A stretch of DNA of 64,000 bases from Macrostomum lignano (taxonomy: Eukaryota). The notes under the pieces were generated by a model. The model had not been told where the DNA came from, searched no databases, and worked only from the letters and a program-made list of their open reading frames with translations. The DNA lies in the NCBI GenBank assembly GCA_002269645.1, contig NIVC01000464.1, forward strand, positions 62,001 through 126,000, written 5' to 3'. Position 1 is the first letter of the stretch, and every line of letters begins with the position of its first letter. Of this stretch, positions 12,369-25,369 are shown piece by piece. A program made the position numbers and the translations under genes.

Positions 12369-13486
12369 GAGCCTTGTCTAATGCATAATTAGCATTTTTT
12401 GTTTGTTGGTATATTTATGGCTTTTTCAATTAAAGCATGTTAACATTGTATTTCTATGAAACAGATTCAAATACAAGTTTTACTAGTATTTTTCATATGG
12501 AAAATAGTGTTTTAGTATTAAAATACAAATAACCCCAAAATAGGCTAAATTGTATATATAACTTATTATAAGTACTATAGATTCTCCCTGTACAAATTTG
12601 CAATTGAAGCTAGATCACCAATTCTTGATTGACTTATTTTCAATCTCAATGTTTTTTTATAAAATTCTCACTTGATCTTGCTCAAAAACAAAAATCTGAT
12701 CTTAGTTGGGCTCTAAAAGGCAGGCATTGTCACAAATTGTCATAATTGACAATTGTTATATCTTGTGCCTAAAAACTAGCATTACAATGACATGGCTTGG
12801 CTTATTGGTTTTATGAATCTGTTTTATCTATGCACTGAAACAGCTGTACATACTGTACTATGCTAAGAAATTTACCAGTTGACATATTTACCATATAACT
12901 AGGCCAGTTGATAAAAAAGTTGATAAGTTTACTAGCACCCTATTTTTATATAGGCACTAAGCCTAGCTTTTTTACTTTTTTACTTAGTCTTAGGTCTTAC
13001 AACTTTTTTATGCCCAATCAATAGCCAGTGCCCCATAGCTTCCCACTTCTAAATCTTACATGTATGCCAGAAAATGTTGGTTTTTCAACAGATGCAAAAA
13101 AATTGTTGGCATAAAGTATCATAGCATACAAAACATTCCAATGGAAATTATGCTATAGATCTGGCATATAGCATAGCTATTAGTATACAAAAGACCAAAA
13201 TGTCATTATGCAAGAAAGCAAAAAAGGTCCTTCATTGTTGCAAAACAAAAAATTCCTTTATTGCTGCAATATCATTTGATTATATCTAGTATACATATCA
13301 CAAGTAATATTTTTAGTGTGTAAACTTGAATTTATGGTGTAAGGAGCCATTTTTCCAGTGTACCATATAGGGCCTAATAGATTTGAGAGTGTGGCCATTG
13401 CTAGGCTTAATAGCCATGGCAATATCTCATTTTTTAGCTTTTTGGCTTCAACCTGATGTTTTGATTATTACAGAAAATCAGTTAAC

Positions 13487-16400
13487 ATGTTTGAGCCAGG
13501 AGTGACACAGAATGGCTATGGAAATGGAGTCAATGGCCACTTGTAAGTGACTGGTTTGCTGTTATAAAAGAAGCTTTAAAAGTACACAATTAGGAAGTGA
13601 TGCACTTAATTTTTTGCACAAATTTTAGCCAGTGGAACTCGCAAAGCAATGGACAAGCTGGCGATGCATTGCCCTACGATGCGCAATACCCTTCAGCTAG
13701 TATGCAGGTACAGTTTACATTTAAATGGTGATGTAGAGGCGAAACACTTCTTAAATAATCCAACATATTTTTTCAACTCTATTTTAGTACGGCAGTCAGT
13801 CATATGAATCGCCGGGCAGTGCTCCAGACTATGCTGCCAATGACACCCTAGATGTTGATCTGGCTGCTTCAGCGTCGCTTGGCAATAATGGAGGATACTA
13901 TACCAATACGGGATACTCTGCCGGCACTGGCAACTCATATTCCCAGCGGAGTCCTGGGTAGGTTCTATGTGATTGTATCATCTTTTAGATATTCAATAAT
14001 ATGCATGCAAGTTTCTAGACTTGTAGTCTTTAGGCAGCTGCTAAAGTGCTATCACGTTCTCTACTACATCCTTGAGCGAGATGCTACCCTTCTCCCAGGC
14101 ACTAGTGGGTAGCTACCCACTTCCCCAGACACCAGCCGGTAGCTAGCTACCAACTCCCCCAAACACTTCAGCCGGTAGCTAGCTACCCACTCCTACAGAT
14201 ACTTCCGCGGGTAGCTACCCACTCTCCCAGACACTTCATAAAGTAGGTACTCACTCTCCCAGACACTTTATAAAGTAGCTACCCACTCTCCCAGACACTT
14301 TGGTGGGTAGCTATCCATTCTCCCAGACACTTCATGAAGTAGCTACCCACTCTCCCAGACACTTAATAAAGTAGCTACCCACTCTCCCAGACACTGGTGG
14401 GTAGCTATCCACTCTCCCAGACACTTCATAAAGTAGCTACCCACTCTCCCAGACACTGGTGGGTAGCTACCCACTCTCCCAGACACTGGTGGGTAGCTAC
14501 CCACTCCCCCAGACACTTCAGCCGGTATCAAGCTACCCACTCCCTCAGACATTTGTTCATTAGCATGGAAAATAAGTTGTTATTGTTGTGTAAATTTCAT
14601 TTAATGTAGCTTAATGTAGAATGACGAAAAGCATGGCATCTGATATAGGTTTTATGGCATGTATGGAATGGAACAGTTTGCTACGACTTTTGCCGCAAAA
14701 CAGGCCTATGAAGTGAACCGTTTGCATGTTTTCTGTGGTATAGCAGAGTTCGCTAAATTGCGTCGTTTGTAATTATATAAGGTGATTTAGTTTTGCGCTT
14801 TGCAGTTCAGTAATTAGAAGTATGCCATTAGTCATTTAGAGTTGGCTGTAGACTGTTAACTCTGTTTCCCCTGTTACTTCAGTGCAGGCCTCTCTCCATT
14901 TCCACTGTTCCTTCAGTGCCGGCCTATCCATTTCCCCTGTTCCTTCAGTGCAGGCCTCTCTCCATTTCCCCTGTTCCTTCAGTGCCGGCCTATCCATTTC
15001 CCCTGTTCCTTTATTGCCGGCCTATCCATTTCCCCTGTTCCTTCAGCACAGGCCTCTCCATTTCCCCCTTTCCTTCAGCACAGGCCTCTCCCATTTCCCC
15101 TGTTCCTTCAGTGCAGGCCTCTCTCCATTTCCCCTGTTCCTTCAGTGCCGGCCTATCCATTTCCCCTGTTCCTTCAGTGCCGGCCTATCCATTTCCCGTG
15201 TTCCTTCAGTGCCGGCCTATCCATTTCCCCTGTTCCTTCAGTGCAGGCCTATCCATTTCCCCTGTTCCTTCAGTGCTGGCCTATCCATTTCTCCTGTTCC
15301 TTTATTGTCGGCCTATCCATTTCCCCTGTTCCTTCAGTGCCGGCCTATCCATTTCCCCTGTTCCTTTATTGCCGGCCTATCCATTTCCCCTGTTCCTTCA
15401 GCACAGGCCTCTCCATTTCCCCTGTTCCTTCAGCACAGGCCTCTCCCATTTCCCCTGTTCCCACAGTGCTGGCCTATCCATTTCCCCTGTTCCTTCAGCA
15501 CAGGCCTCTCCCATTTCCCCTGTTCCTTCAGTGCAGCCCTTTCTCCATTTCCCCTGTTCCTTCAGTGCCGGCCTATCCATTTCCCCCTTTCCTTCAATGC
15601 CGGCCTATCAATTTCCCCTGTTCCTTCAGTGCCGGCCTTTCAATTTCCCCTGTTCCTTCAGTGCAGGCCTATCCATTTCCCCTGTTCCTTCAGTGCTGGC
15701 CTATCCATTTCTCCTGTTCCTTTATTGTCGGCCTATCCATTTCCCTTGTTCCTTCAGTGCCGGCCTATCCATTTCCCCTGTTCCTTTATTGCCGGCCTAT
15801 CCATTTCCCCTGTTCCTTCAGCACAGGCCTCTCCATTTCACCTGTTCCTTCAGCACAGGCCTCTCCCATTTCCCCTGTTCCCACAGTGCTGGCCTATCCA
15901 TTTCCCCTGTTCCTTTATTGCCTGCCTATCCATTTCCCCTGTTCCTTCATCACAGGCCTCTCCATTTCCCCTGTTCCTTCAGTGCAGGCCTATCCATTTC
16001 CCCTGTTCCTTCAGCACAGGCCTCTCCCATTTCCCCTGTTCCTTTATTGCCTGCCTATCCATTTCCCCTGTTCCTTCATCACAGGCCTCTCCATTTCCCC
16101 TGTTCCTTCAGTGCAGGCCTATCCATTTCCCCTGTTCCTTCAGCACAGGCCTCTCCCATTTCCCCTGTTCCTTCAGCGCAGCCCTTTCTCCATTTCCCCT
16201 GTTCCTTCAGTGCCGGCCTATCCATTTCCCCTTTTCCTTCAATGCCGGCCTATCAATTTCCCCTGTTCCTTCAGTGCCGGCCTTTCAATTTCCCCTGTTC
16301 CTTCAGTGCAGGCCTATCCATTTCCCCTGTTCCTTCAGCACAGGCCTTTCAATTTCCCCTGTTCCTTCAGTGCCGGCCTATCCATTTCCCCTGTTCCTTC

Positions 16401-18649
16401 AGCACAGGCCTCTCCATTTCCCCTGTTCCTTCAGTGCAAAACCCTTTTGACGCCAGGCCATCCCCAACCACCCAACTCAGAGCCGGCAGCCATCGCTATG
16501 AATTCGGAGCAGCAGCAGCAGCCGCAGCCTCACTCGATGACGAAGGCCAGCCGTACGCAAACCTGCCGCCACCTGGCACTCTGCCGTCGCCTCCGTCTCA
16601 GCTGTCTCCGCCAATGTCTGCCCAGCTGGCTATGGTCAATAACAGTGGCTACGCTCGTTCTATTGGATCCCAGTCTCAGCAGCAGCAGCAGCAGCATCAC
16701 TATCACCTGCTTCAGCGCGACTTCAGCACTGTGGATGGCCGGATCAGGCAGAAGCAGTTGCAGCCGCCGCAGGTTGAGCGACAGCAGCAGCACGAGTATG
16801 TCAATTATCGAGATCCAGACGTTGTAGCAGCGATGAAGCAGCGAGCAGCTTCCGTTGATGGAGCGGCTGGCGGACTGAGCCGGTCCGACAAATTTGGCAC
16901 GCTGGCTAGTTTGAATTGTAAGTGGGACTCGGTGGCTCGACTTTCTCATTGTCAGGGCAGTGTGCTCACTGATGCTTTCATCGATGTAGTGACAATGGAT
17001 GGGGGTTGTAGCCTAATGGTTAGAGTGTCGGACTCGCGACTGAAAGGTCGGGGGTTCGATTCTTGACCCGCTGGAAAAATTTGTGTTAGACACTTAATTC
17101 TGCATTGCTTCAGTTCACCCAGCTGTAAAATGGGTGCCAGCTGTGTGTGGCGACCCCCAGCGCGATAGCTGCGGCTGAGCTGTCGGTTGCACATCTGGCC
17201 ATTAGGTCTGGTGTAATCAATTATTATAATTAATTATTGAAAATTGCGGTCCAACTGTAATTAACATATTTTGTTTGCTGTTGAAATATTTTTATAACTT
17301 TTTAAATTGCATGTGTGCTTATACACGTGTATCTGCCTGCTAGCTACTAACTTTAACATTGGAAGTTTAATAGTATTTAAATACTTCCGCTGGGTTATTA
17401 TTTCTAAAATTGTGTGGCTCATGGGGGAATTGCTGAAATGCCGTGGCTCATGAGGTGATTTGCTGAAATGCCGTAGCTCATGAGGGGAATTGCTGAATTG
17501 CCATGGCTCATGAGGGGAATTGCTGAAATGCCGTGGCTCATGAGGTGATTTGCTGAAATGCCGTGGCTCATGAGGTGATTTGCTGAAATGCCGTGGCTCA
17601 TGAGGGGAATTGCTGAAATGCCGTGGCTCATGAGGGGAATTGCTTAAATGCCGTGGCTCATGAGGGGAATTGCTGAAATGCCATGGCTCATGAGGGGAAT
17701 TGCTGAAATGCCGTGGCTCATGAGGTGATTTGCTGAAATGCCGTGGCTCATGAGGGGAATTGCTGAAATGCCGTGGCTCATGAGGGGAATTGCTGAAATG
17801 CCGTGGCTCATGAGGGGAATTGCTTAAATGCCGTGGCTCATGAGGGGAATTGCTGAAATGCCATGGCTCATGAGGGGAATTGCTGAAATGCCGTGGCTCA
17901 TGAGGGGAATTGCTGAAATGCCGTGGCTCATGAGGGGAATTGCTGAAATGCCGTGGCTCATGAGGGGAATTGCTGAAATGCCGTGGCTCATTGGGATTGC
18001 TCAGATGCTGTATATTGCCAAAGCTCAAGTGGGATGCAGATGGATACGTAATTTTAAAACGCTCATTGGTCAAATATGTGCATATTATGCAGCTAAACAA
18101 TTAATGAACAATATAATGCTATTACAAAACGCTTTACAAACACAGCCACAGGCCGTTACGCTAGCAGTACAATTGGCGACAGTAGGCAGAGAATATTGCC
18201 AGCCTACTCAACTGAGCAGCAATATGATCCGGCATTTGCTAATCCCGGTTATTCCGATCTTGGCGACTTTTATCCCATTGAGAACGGCGCCGCTCGCGCC
18301 GTTTCCCCCGCTTATTCCCAATCGCACAGATCGTTTGGTGAGTTAACAAATTCACAAAATTATCAGTGCCATTATAGCTGCCGCAGTAGTAAGCACTATA
18401 CGATTGAATATCAATAATGCTTTTATAGAATTTATTATAGCTCACTGTTCTTTATGGCCACTCGTATTTATTGATTTATTATGATTTGTACTTTCTATTT
18501 GTAGTGTTTTTATATGTAATGTTGAGTATACATACCGCCTAATCATTTTCAATTATATTTGTTGTGTGTCGCCTTGTGCCGACTTACCTTATCTCTGGTG
18601 CGCGGTATGGATTGGAATGCGGCATAGTCTAGTATTACAATGAAGAGAA

Positions 18650-18715
<66 letters not shown>

Positions 18716-21700
18716 AAGTCAGTAGGGCGCTGCCTATTCTCAATTTCTTACTCTGTCCGTCAGTGCGCGCAACACAAGACAAATTTTTATCGCATCCAAC
18801 CTGCAAATTACCTTTTTTAACCCCTATCTGTACGTACGTATTTCTCTATGCTTCTTCACTCGCTCGCTATATTTAGTGTATATAGTTCTAACCAAGCCTG
18901 GGTGAAGGCTACTTCTTAGCTTCACATATTTTGGGGCAATATAACTCACAATTTAATTTTTATCCTTAAAAACACTTATTTGCTCACTTCTTTTTTAAGT
19001 TATCTAGATGCTTTAAATGTTGTCCACATTAATGTGTGTTACGACGAGGTTGTGATGCTTTTATTATACATGTACTTTACTGGGAGAGGTAACTTCTACC
19101 TAGTAGAAAAAACTAGGTCTGCAGTATTAAAGATGGTGTTGCTTATTCAATAAAATAATTTTATTTGCTTTTCTTGCCCAGCCTCCCAGATTCTCAGTTG
19201 CTGGGCCAGCATCCAAGATCCTCAGTTGCTGGGCTGCCAGCCTCCCAGATCCTCAGTTGCTGGGCCAGCCTCCCAGATCCTCAGTTGCTGGGCTGCCAGC
19301 CTCCCAGATCCTCAGTTGCTGGGCCAGCCTCCAAGATCCTCAGTTGCTGGGCTGCCAGCCTCCCAGATCCTCAGTTGCTGGGCCAGCCTCCCAGATCCTC
19401 AGTTGCTGGGCCAGCCTCCCAGATCCTCGGTTGCTGGGCTGCCAGCCTCCCAGATCCTCGGTTGCTGGGCTGCCAGCCTCCCAGATCCTCAGTTGCTGGG
19501 CCAGCCTCCAAGATCCTCAGTTGCTGGGCTGCCAGCCTCCCAGATCCTCAGTTGCTGGGCCAGCCTCCCAGATCCTCAGTTGCTGGGCCAGCCTCCCAGA
19601 TCCTCGGTTGCTGGGCTGCCAGCCTCCCAGATCCTCGGTTGCTGGGCTGCCAGCCTCCCAGATTCTCAGTTGCTGGGCCAGCCTCCCAGATTCTCAGTTG
19701 CTGGGCCAGCATCCAAGATCCTCAGTTGCTGGGCTGCCAGCCTCCCAGATCCTCAGTTGCTGGGCCAGCCTCCAAGATCCTCAGTTGCTGGGCTGCCAGC
19801 CTCCCAGATCCTCAGTTGCTGGGCCAGCCTCCCAGATCCTCAGTTGCTGGGCCAGCCTCCCAGATCCTCAGTTGCTGGACCAGCCTCCCAGATTAGCCAT
19901 TAGCCTCGTGGGTCATCGCATTCAACACCGAACGCCTGAGGGTTAAGCAGAGCTGATCGGGGTTAGTACACAGCTACTCAAAATAAGCTTGACGTGCCTC
20001 GCACAGCGAGGCATATAGAAAGTGAAAAATTACGCTAAGCCTTAGAAGTTCCCCTGGTCTCATATTTGATGGTATTTTGTTTATTTATCTATCAATTAGA
20101 CGCGCTTAACTATCAATGTTACTCCCGCCGGCACCCTGCCTTCAGTGTCGAACTCGCAGGTTTCCCACGCAGTCGCCGAGACGATCCTTTTGGAGTCCCG
20201 GCCTCCACAGACTGCGGAGCCGCAGTCATCAAGCTACCGCGATCCCGAGCTGCCCGACCTTCTGCAGCTTCTCCGGTCTGGCAGCGACGAGGCGCGTTGT
20301 CACGCGGCCGCCTACCTGCAGCACCTGACCTTCTGCGAAGAGGACACAAAGACCCGGGTTCGAACCTCGGGTGGTATTATCCTACTAGTGAATCTGCTGG
20401 CTAGGCCTGGCAGCGTTAATCTCCGCCTAGGGGTGCTGGGCGCCCTGAGGAATCTCAGCTTCGGCCTTGGACAGGAGGAGAATCGCCGTGAGATGGCAAG
20501 GTGCGGCCTGCTGGCTAATCTGTGCGCCCTGGTTGAGTCTGCCGAGGAGCAGGAAGTCAGGTTGGTGATTTGGCTAGGGTTACTGGCTTTAAAAAGGTTA
20601 TGGGTCAGCCTGTCAAGTGCAAGGGGTCAAGCTGTCAAATGTCTAAGGTAATCATGGGTCCAGCTGTCAAATGTCTAAGGTCATCATGGATCAAGCTGTC
20701 AAATGTCTAAGGTAATCATGGGTCAGACTGTCAAATGCCTAAGGTAATCATGGGTCAAGCTGTTAAATGTCTAGGGTCATCATGGGTCAGGCTGTCAAAT
20801 GTCTAGGGTCATCATGGATCAAGCTGTCAAATGTCTAAGGTAATCATGGGTCAAGCTGTCAAATGTCTAAGGTAATCATGGGTCAAGCTGTCAAATGTCT
20901 AAGGTCATGGGTCAAGCTGTCAAATGTCTAGGGTCATGGGTCAAGCTGTCAAATGTCTAAGGTCATGGGTCAAGCTGTCAAATGTCTAAGGTAATCAATG
21001 GTCAAGTTGTCAAATGTCTTGGGTCATCATAGGTCAGGCTGTCAAATGTCGAAGGTAATCAATGGTCAAGTTGTCAAATGTCTTGGGTCATCATAGGTCA
21101 GGCTGTCAAATGTCTAGGGTCATCATGAGTCAAGCTGTCAAATGTCTAAAGTAATCAATGGTCAAGCTGTCAAATATCTAAGGTAATCAATGGTCAAGCT
21201 GTCAAATGTCTAGGGTCATTATGGGTCAAGCTGTCAAATGTCTAGGGTCATCATGGGTCAAGCTGTCAAATGTCTAAGGTCATCATGGGTCAAGCTGTCA
21301 AGTGTCTAAGGTCATCATGGGTCAAGTTGTCAAATGTCTAGGGTCATCATGGATCAAGCTGTCAAATGTCTAAGGTAATCAATGGTCAAGTTGTCAAATG
21401 TCTAGGGTCATCATGGGTCAAGCTGTCAAATGTCTAAGGTCATCATGGGTCAAGCTGTCAAGTGTCTAAGGTCATCATGGGTCAAGTTGTCAAATGTCTA
21501 GGGTCATCATGGATCAAGCTGTCAAATGTCTAAGGTAATCAATGGTCAAGTTGTCAAATGTCTTGGGTCATCACAGGTCAGGCTGTCAAATGTCTAGGAT
21601 CATTATGGTTCAGGCTGTCAAATGTCTTGGGTCATTATGAGTCAGGCTGTCAAATGTCTTGGGTCATCATGGGTCAAGCTGTCAAATGTCTAAGGTCATC

Positions 21701-24680
21701 ATGGGTCAAGCTGTCAAATGTCTAAGGTCATCATGGGTCAAAATGTCAAAAAGCTGTCAAAGGTGAAAAGTTAAGGATAATAGGTCAAACTATCAATCTG
21801 CAAAGGGGAGGTTTTAAGTTTCAAGAACGTTAATTATTAATTTTGATTTTGATTCTTTTGAAAAAATAAAAAAATGTTTTATATTACCTACAAAGTAGCG
21901 ATCAAAGCGTTTTTTCTCTCTCTCTGTCACTCAGAGAGTTGGCCACAGCCGTGCTGTGGAATCTGAGCGCCAGTCCGGCTCTCCGCAAGGACATGCTGGA
22001 TACCTGCGTGACGCCTCTGGTGAATCGGGTGCTGCTGCCTCACGCCGGATTGGAACGGGCCCCTAGCGGCGAGTTTAATAGCGTTCAACGTGAGATCTAC
22101 TGGACTGGCGTGTTCTGCAATGCCACTGGCGCTCTGCGCTGTTTGAGCGCCTATGGAGACGCTGGCTATGGACGGAAATGCCTGCGGGCCTGTCCGGGCC
22201 TGGTGGAGAGCGTCATCCAGGTGAATTGTGGTTATGCTTGTGAAGCTTCGAGCTTGTGAAGCTTCGAGCTTGTGAAGCTTCGAGCTTGTGAAGCTTCGAG
22301 CTTGTGAAGCTTCGAGCTTGTGAAGTTTCGAGCTTGTGAAGCTTCGAGCTTGTGAAGCTTCGAGCTTGTGAAGCTTCGAGCTTGTGAAGCTTCGAGCTTG
22401 TGAAGCTTCGAGCTTGTGAAGCTTCGAGCTTGTGAAGCTTCGAGCTTGTGAAGCTTCGAGCTTGTGAAGCTTCGAGCTTGTGAAGCTTCGAGCTTGTGAA
22501 GCTTCGAGCTTGTGAAGCTTCGAGCTTGTGAAGCTTCGAGCTCGTGAAGCTTCGAGCTCGTGAAGCTTCGAGCTTGTGAAGCTTCGAGCTTGGGGAAGAT
22601 TCGAGCTTGGAAAGATTCGAACTTGGGGAAGATTCGAACTTGGAAAGATTCGAGCTTGGGAAGATTCGAGCTTGGAAAGATTCGAGCTTGGAAAGATTCG
22701 ATCTTGGGATGATTCGAGCTTGGAAAGATTCGAGTTTGGAAAGATTCGAGTTTGGAAAGATTCGAGTTTTGAAAGATTCGAGTTTGTGAAGATTCGAGCT
22801 TTGGGAAGATTCGAGCTTGGAATGATTCGAGCTTGGAAAGATTCGAGCTTGGAAAGATTCGAGTTTGGAAAGATTCGAGTTTGGAAAGATTCGATCTTGT
22901 GAATTTTTGCGCATGTGAAGCTTCACAAATCTGAATATAAATCTCGTGCTTGCAAAGTTTCTCTTTTATTAAAAACTGCTATTAAAACATTGATTAATAC
23001 ATTGATCATACCAGTGCAATCCGTCCATACGCAGGTACTTCGCTGCGCCGTTCGTAACACCGATTTGGACCGGAAATCCATTGAGAACTGCGTCTGTCTG
23101 TTGCGCAATCTGCTCTTCGCCTGCCAAGAGACCGCCGACCCTAACTACCAGCCCGCCGAGTCAATTGCTCCAGCCCAGCTCAATAGCAACTCAAAGTCTG
23201 GCAAAAGTGGCGGCGGCTGTTTTGGCGGCAAAAGCTCTTCTAACGGTGGCCCGTCTTCTAGTAGTAGCAAGAAAAAGCAACAGCCGCAGCAGAAGCCGGC
23301 AAGCAAAGAAGCAACGCCGCAGCAGCCGCTGGCCGGAGGCGGCGGCAGGATCAGCCTGCTATGGCAAGCCGGCACTCTCTCTAGCGTACTGCTGCCAATC
23401 ATTGCCGACTGCGCCAATCCCGACACTCTGGAGGCTGCCGCCGGCGCCGTGCAGAACCTGGCCGCCTGCGACTGGCAGCCGTCTGTGGAATTTCGTGCTC
23501 AGATTCGGCGGGACAAAGGCCTGCCTCTGCTTGTTGAACTGCTCAGCTTGGATGCCGATCGGGTTGTGCGGACCGCCGCCACGGCTTTGAGAAATCTGGC
23601 TCTGGAAGCTCAGAGTCTCAAGCTTATTGGTACGATTTTCAATTTATGATCCCTTCCCTGTATTTCAAGCAAGGGGTTAAATAAATCTCCTCAATCTGGA
23701 TCAGAGAAATCCAAATCCTCAGTCAAGGATCAGAGAAATCCCAATCCACAGTCTAGGATCAGAGAAATCCCATAGGATCAGAGAAATCCCATAGGATCAG
23801 AGAAATCCCATAGGATCAGAGAAATCCCATAGGATCAGAGAAATCCCATAGGATCAGAGAAATCCCATTGGATCAGAGAAATCCCATAGTATCAGAGAAA
23901 TCCCATAGTATCAGAGAAATCCCATAGGATCAGAGAAATCCCATAGGATCAGAGAAATCCCATAGGATCAGAGAAATCACATGGGATCAGAGAAATCCCA
24001 TTGAATCAGAAAAATCCCATAGGATCAGAGAAATCCCAATCCTCGCGCATACAAACCTAGCTACTACATTTTTGCCAGGCCAATACGCGCTGGAGGCGCT
24101 GACATCCCGTCTGCCTAGGCGCAATTCGCCCATAGCCAATAGTCCGGAGACCTACGCCGCAGTGATAGCGGCTCTCTACGCTGTAGTGAAGACGAGCCCG
24201 GTGTATGCCAGACGCCTAGCCGAGCTGGGCGGTCCCAGCGGACTCATACTGGTGCGCGATGCGCCCAGTCGTTACGGCCAGAAGTCGTCGGCATTTGCGG
24301 CTAGACTGTTGGATTCTATGCAGCAACTGTTAGGCAAAGATGTGCAATTGTTGTCGCTGCAGAATCGTCAGCAGCAGCAACAGCAGCAGCAGCCGCAGGC
24401 CCAGATGGAGCTGCAGCAGCGACAACCATCAGCCGCCGCCCCCGCCGCCGCCGCTGAGCCGCCACCGGTGGTTCGTCGGCAAGCGTCAACTGAACCGACC
24501 TATGCCCAGATTGACCGGCAGAAGAAGATGCAGCAACGAGCTCAAATGCCGCCGCCGCAGCAGCAAGAGCAGCAAGAGCAGCAGCCAGAGCCAGATATGC
24601 GACAACATCATTACCAGCATCACCAGCATCATCTGGTTCATAGTCAGGTTTATGAGCAGGCTGCCGATAGCTGGGTCTGA
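13487..24680 (+). CDS. p120-catenin family armadillo protein (delta-catenin/p0071/ARVCF-like), 9 exons
   Basis: Phase-consistent exons: 13487(ATG; acceptor at 13473 allows further upstream exons)-13542, 13629-13707, 13788-13957, 16481(or 16457)-16917, 18146-18337, 20146-20560, 21935-22220, 23035-23629, 24079-24680. ARM motifs YRDPELPDL...AAAYLQHLTF, GALRNLSFG, EVRELATAVLWNLS, KSIENCVCLLRNL, LEAAAGAVQNL. The C-terminal PDZ-binding DSWV* is typical of delta-catenin/p0071/ARVCF. The first three exons are less certain than the ARM exons. Confidence 0.92.
14090..14550. repeat. 30-32-bp intronic minisatellite (gtagctacccactctcccagacact...)
   Basis: Tandem copies in catenin intron 3. Confidence 0.9.
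14865..16436. repeat. 32-33-bp pyrimidine-rich intronic minisatellite (ccatttcccctgttccttcagtgccggcctat)n
   Basis: Tandem copies. The plus strand lacks stop codons, which produces the 522/716/560-aa ORFs. Confidence 0.95.
17001..17235 (+). mobile_element. tRNA-derived SINE with CORE-like central domain, copy 1
   Basis: tRNA-like head (tagcctaatggttagag A box; gggttcgattc B box), then acttaattctgcattgcttcagttcacccagctgtaaaatggg and an AT-rich tail. Homologous to 55616-55800 and 62171-62392. Confidence 0.8.
17415..17990. repeat. 30-bp intronic minisatellite (tggctcatgaggggaattgctgaaatgccg)n
   Basis: Tandem 30-mers in catenin intron 4. Confidence 0.95.
18653..18712. repeat. (GA)n microsatellite
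   Basis: Perfect dinucleotide run. Confidence 0.98.
19177..19892. repeat. 28/32-bp intronic minisatellite (cctcccagatcctcagttgctgggccag)n
   Basis: Tandem copies. The same family occurs at 57600-58270. Confidence 0.95.
20625..21750. repeat. 32-bp intronic minisatellite (gtcaagctgtcaaatgtctaaggtcatcatgg)n
   Basis: Tandem copies filling catenin intron 6. Confidence 0.95.
22238..22900. repeat. 16-bp intronic minisatellite with two sub-arrays (gagcttgtgaagcttc, then gagcttggaaagattc)
   Basis: Tandem 16-mers that switch variant at about 22590. A related array lies at 33590-33910. Confidence 0.95.
23757..24035. repeat. 19-bp intronic minisatellite (ggatcagagaaatcccata)n
   Basis: Tandem 19-mers in the last catenin intron. 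Confidence 0.95.
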
Positions 24681-25369
24681 GTGAGTGTGCTTATTTTATC
24701 TTAGTACAACAGCGGCCAAAAAAAAGTAAAACAGGTTCTGTTCCTCTTTTTATATCTTGATTTTTCATTATGAATTATTTGTAAGGCTGTGTATCCAATG
24801 TAATTCAATCTGTCTGTTGCCAAACAGGCGTTACCTGCCCGGAGTTAATGATCCAAAATGTTACGGCTGTTTGCACCATTGTACGAGTATATCTTGTATA
24901 AACTCGTAAATCGTTTTGCTGTGCCTTATAATAATGAAAAATTCATTTATTTTTTTATGTGTCCAATGTGTCAGTTTGATTCTTATTGTTCTAATCATAT
25001 TGCTAAATTCTTTGTAAATACTCGTATATTCATTGATTGCATTGTCATATATTCAATTTTAGCGCTGGCTCGCGTGAACATATTTATCTGTACATATATA
25101 TAGTTGGTATTGGCTCTATATACGAAAATTTGGTTCAGTGTGCGCACTATTGTAGCGGCAGCTTAGTGATCACTCGACTGATAATTTGAGTCTTTAAATT
25201 GACCAATTCGACTTTACCTGATTGATCAACGATTGTTTATTTTAATCGAACTGGATTTTATCTTTATTGCTTTGCGTTGTCTTTTATCTATCCTGGTTTT
25301 TGCTTTCTTTTGCTTCTCGAAGAAATCAGAGCGTGTAAAAAGTAAATAGGATTTAGTGCATCCGCTCCT

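Noticed and set aside
14882-16450. 522-, 560- and 716-aa ORFs as stand-alone genes
   Set aside because: Stop-free minisatellite; only the part after about 16457-16481 is a supported exon. Possible partial exonisation is listed as a finding.
17001-17072. Functional tRNA gene (also 62171-62240 and the minus-strand cassette near 1240-1297)
   Set aside because: Acceptor and anticodon stems do not pair properly, and the heads continue into shared SINE or Helitron bodies.
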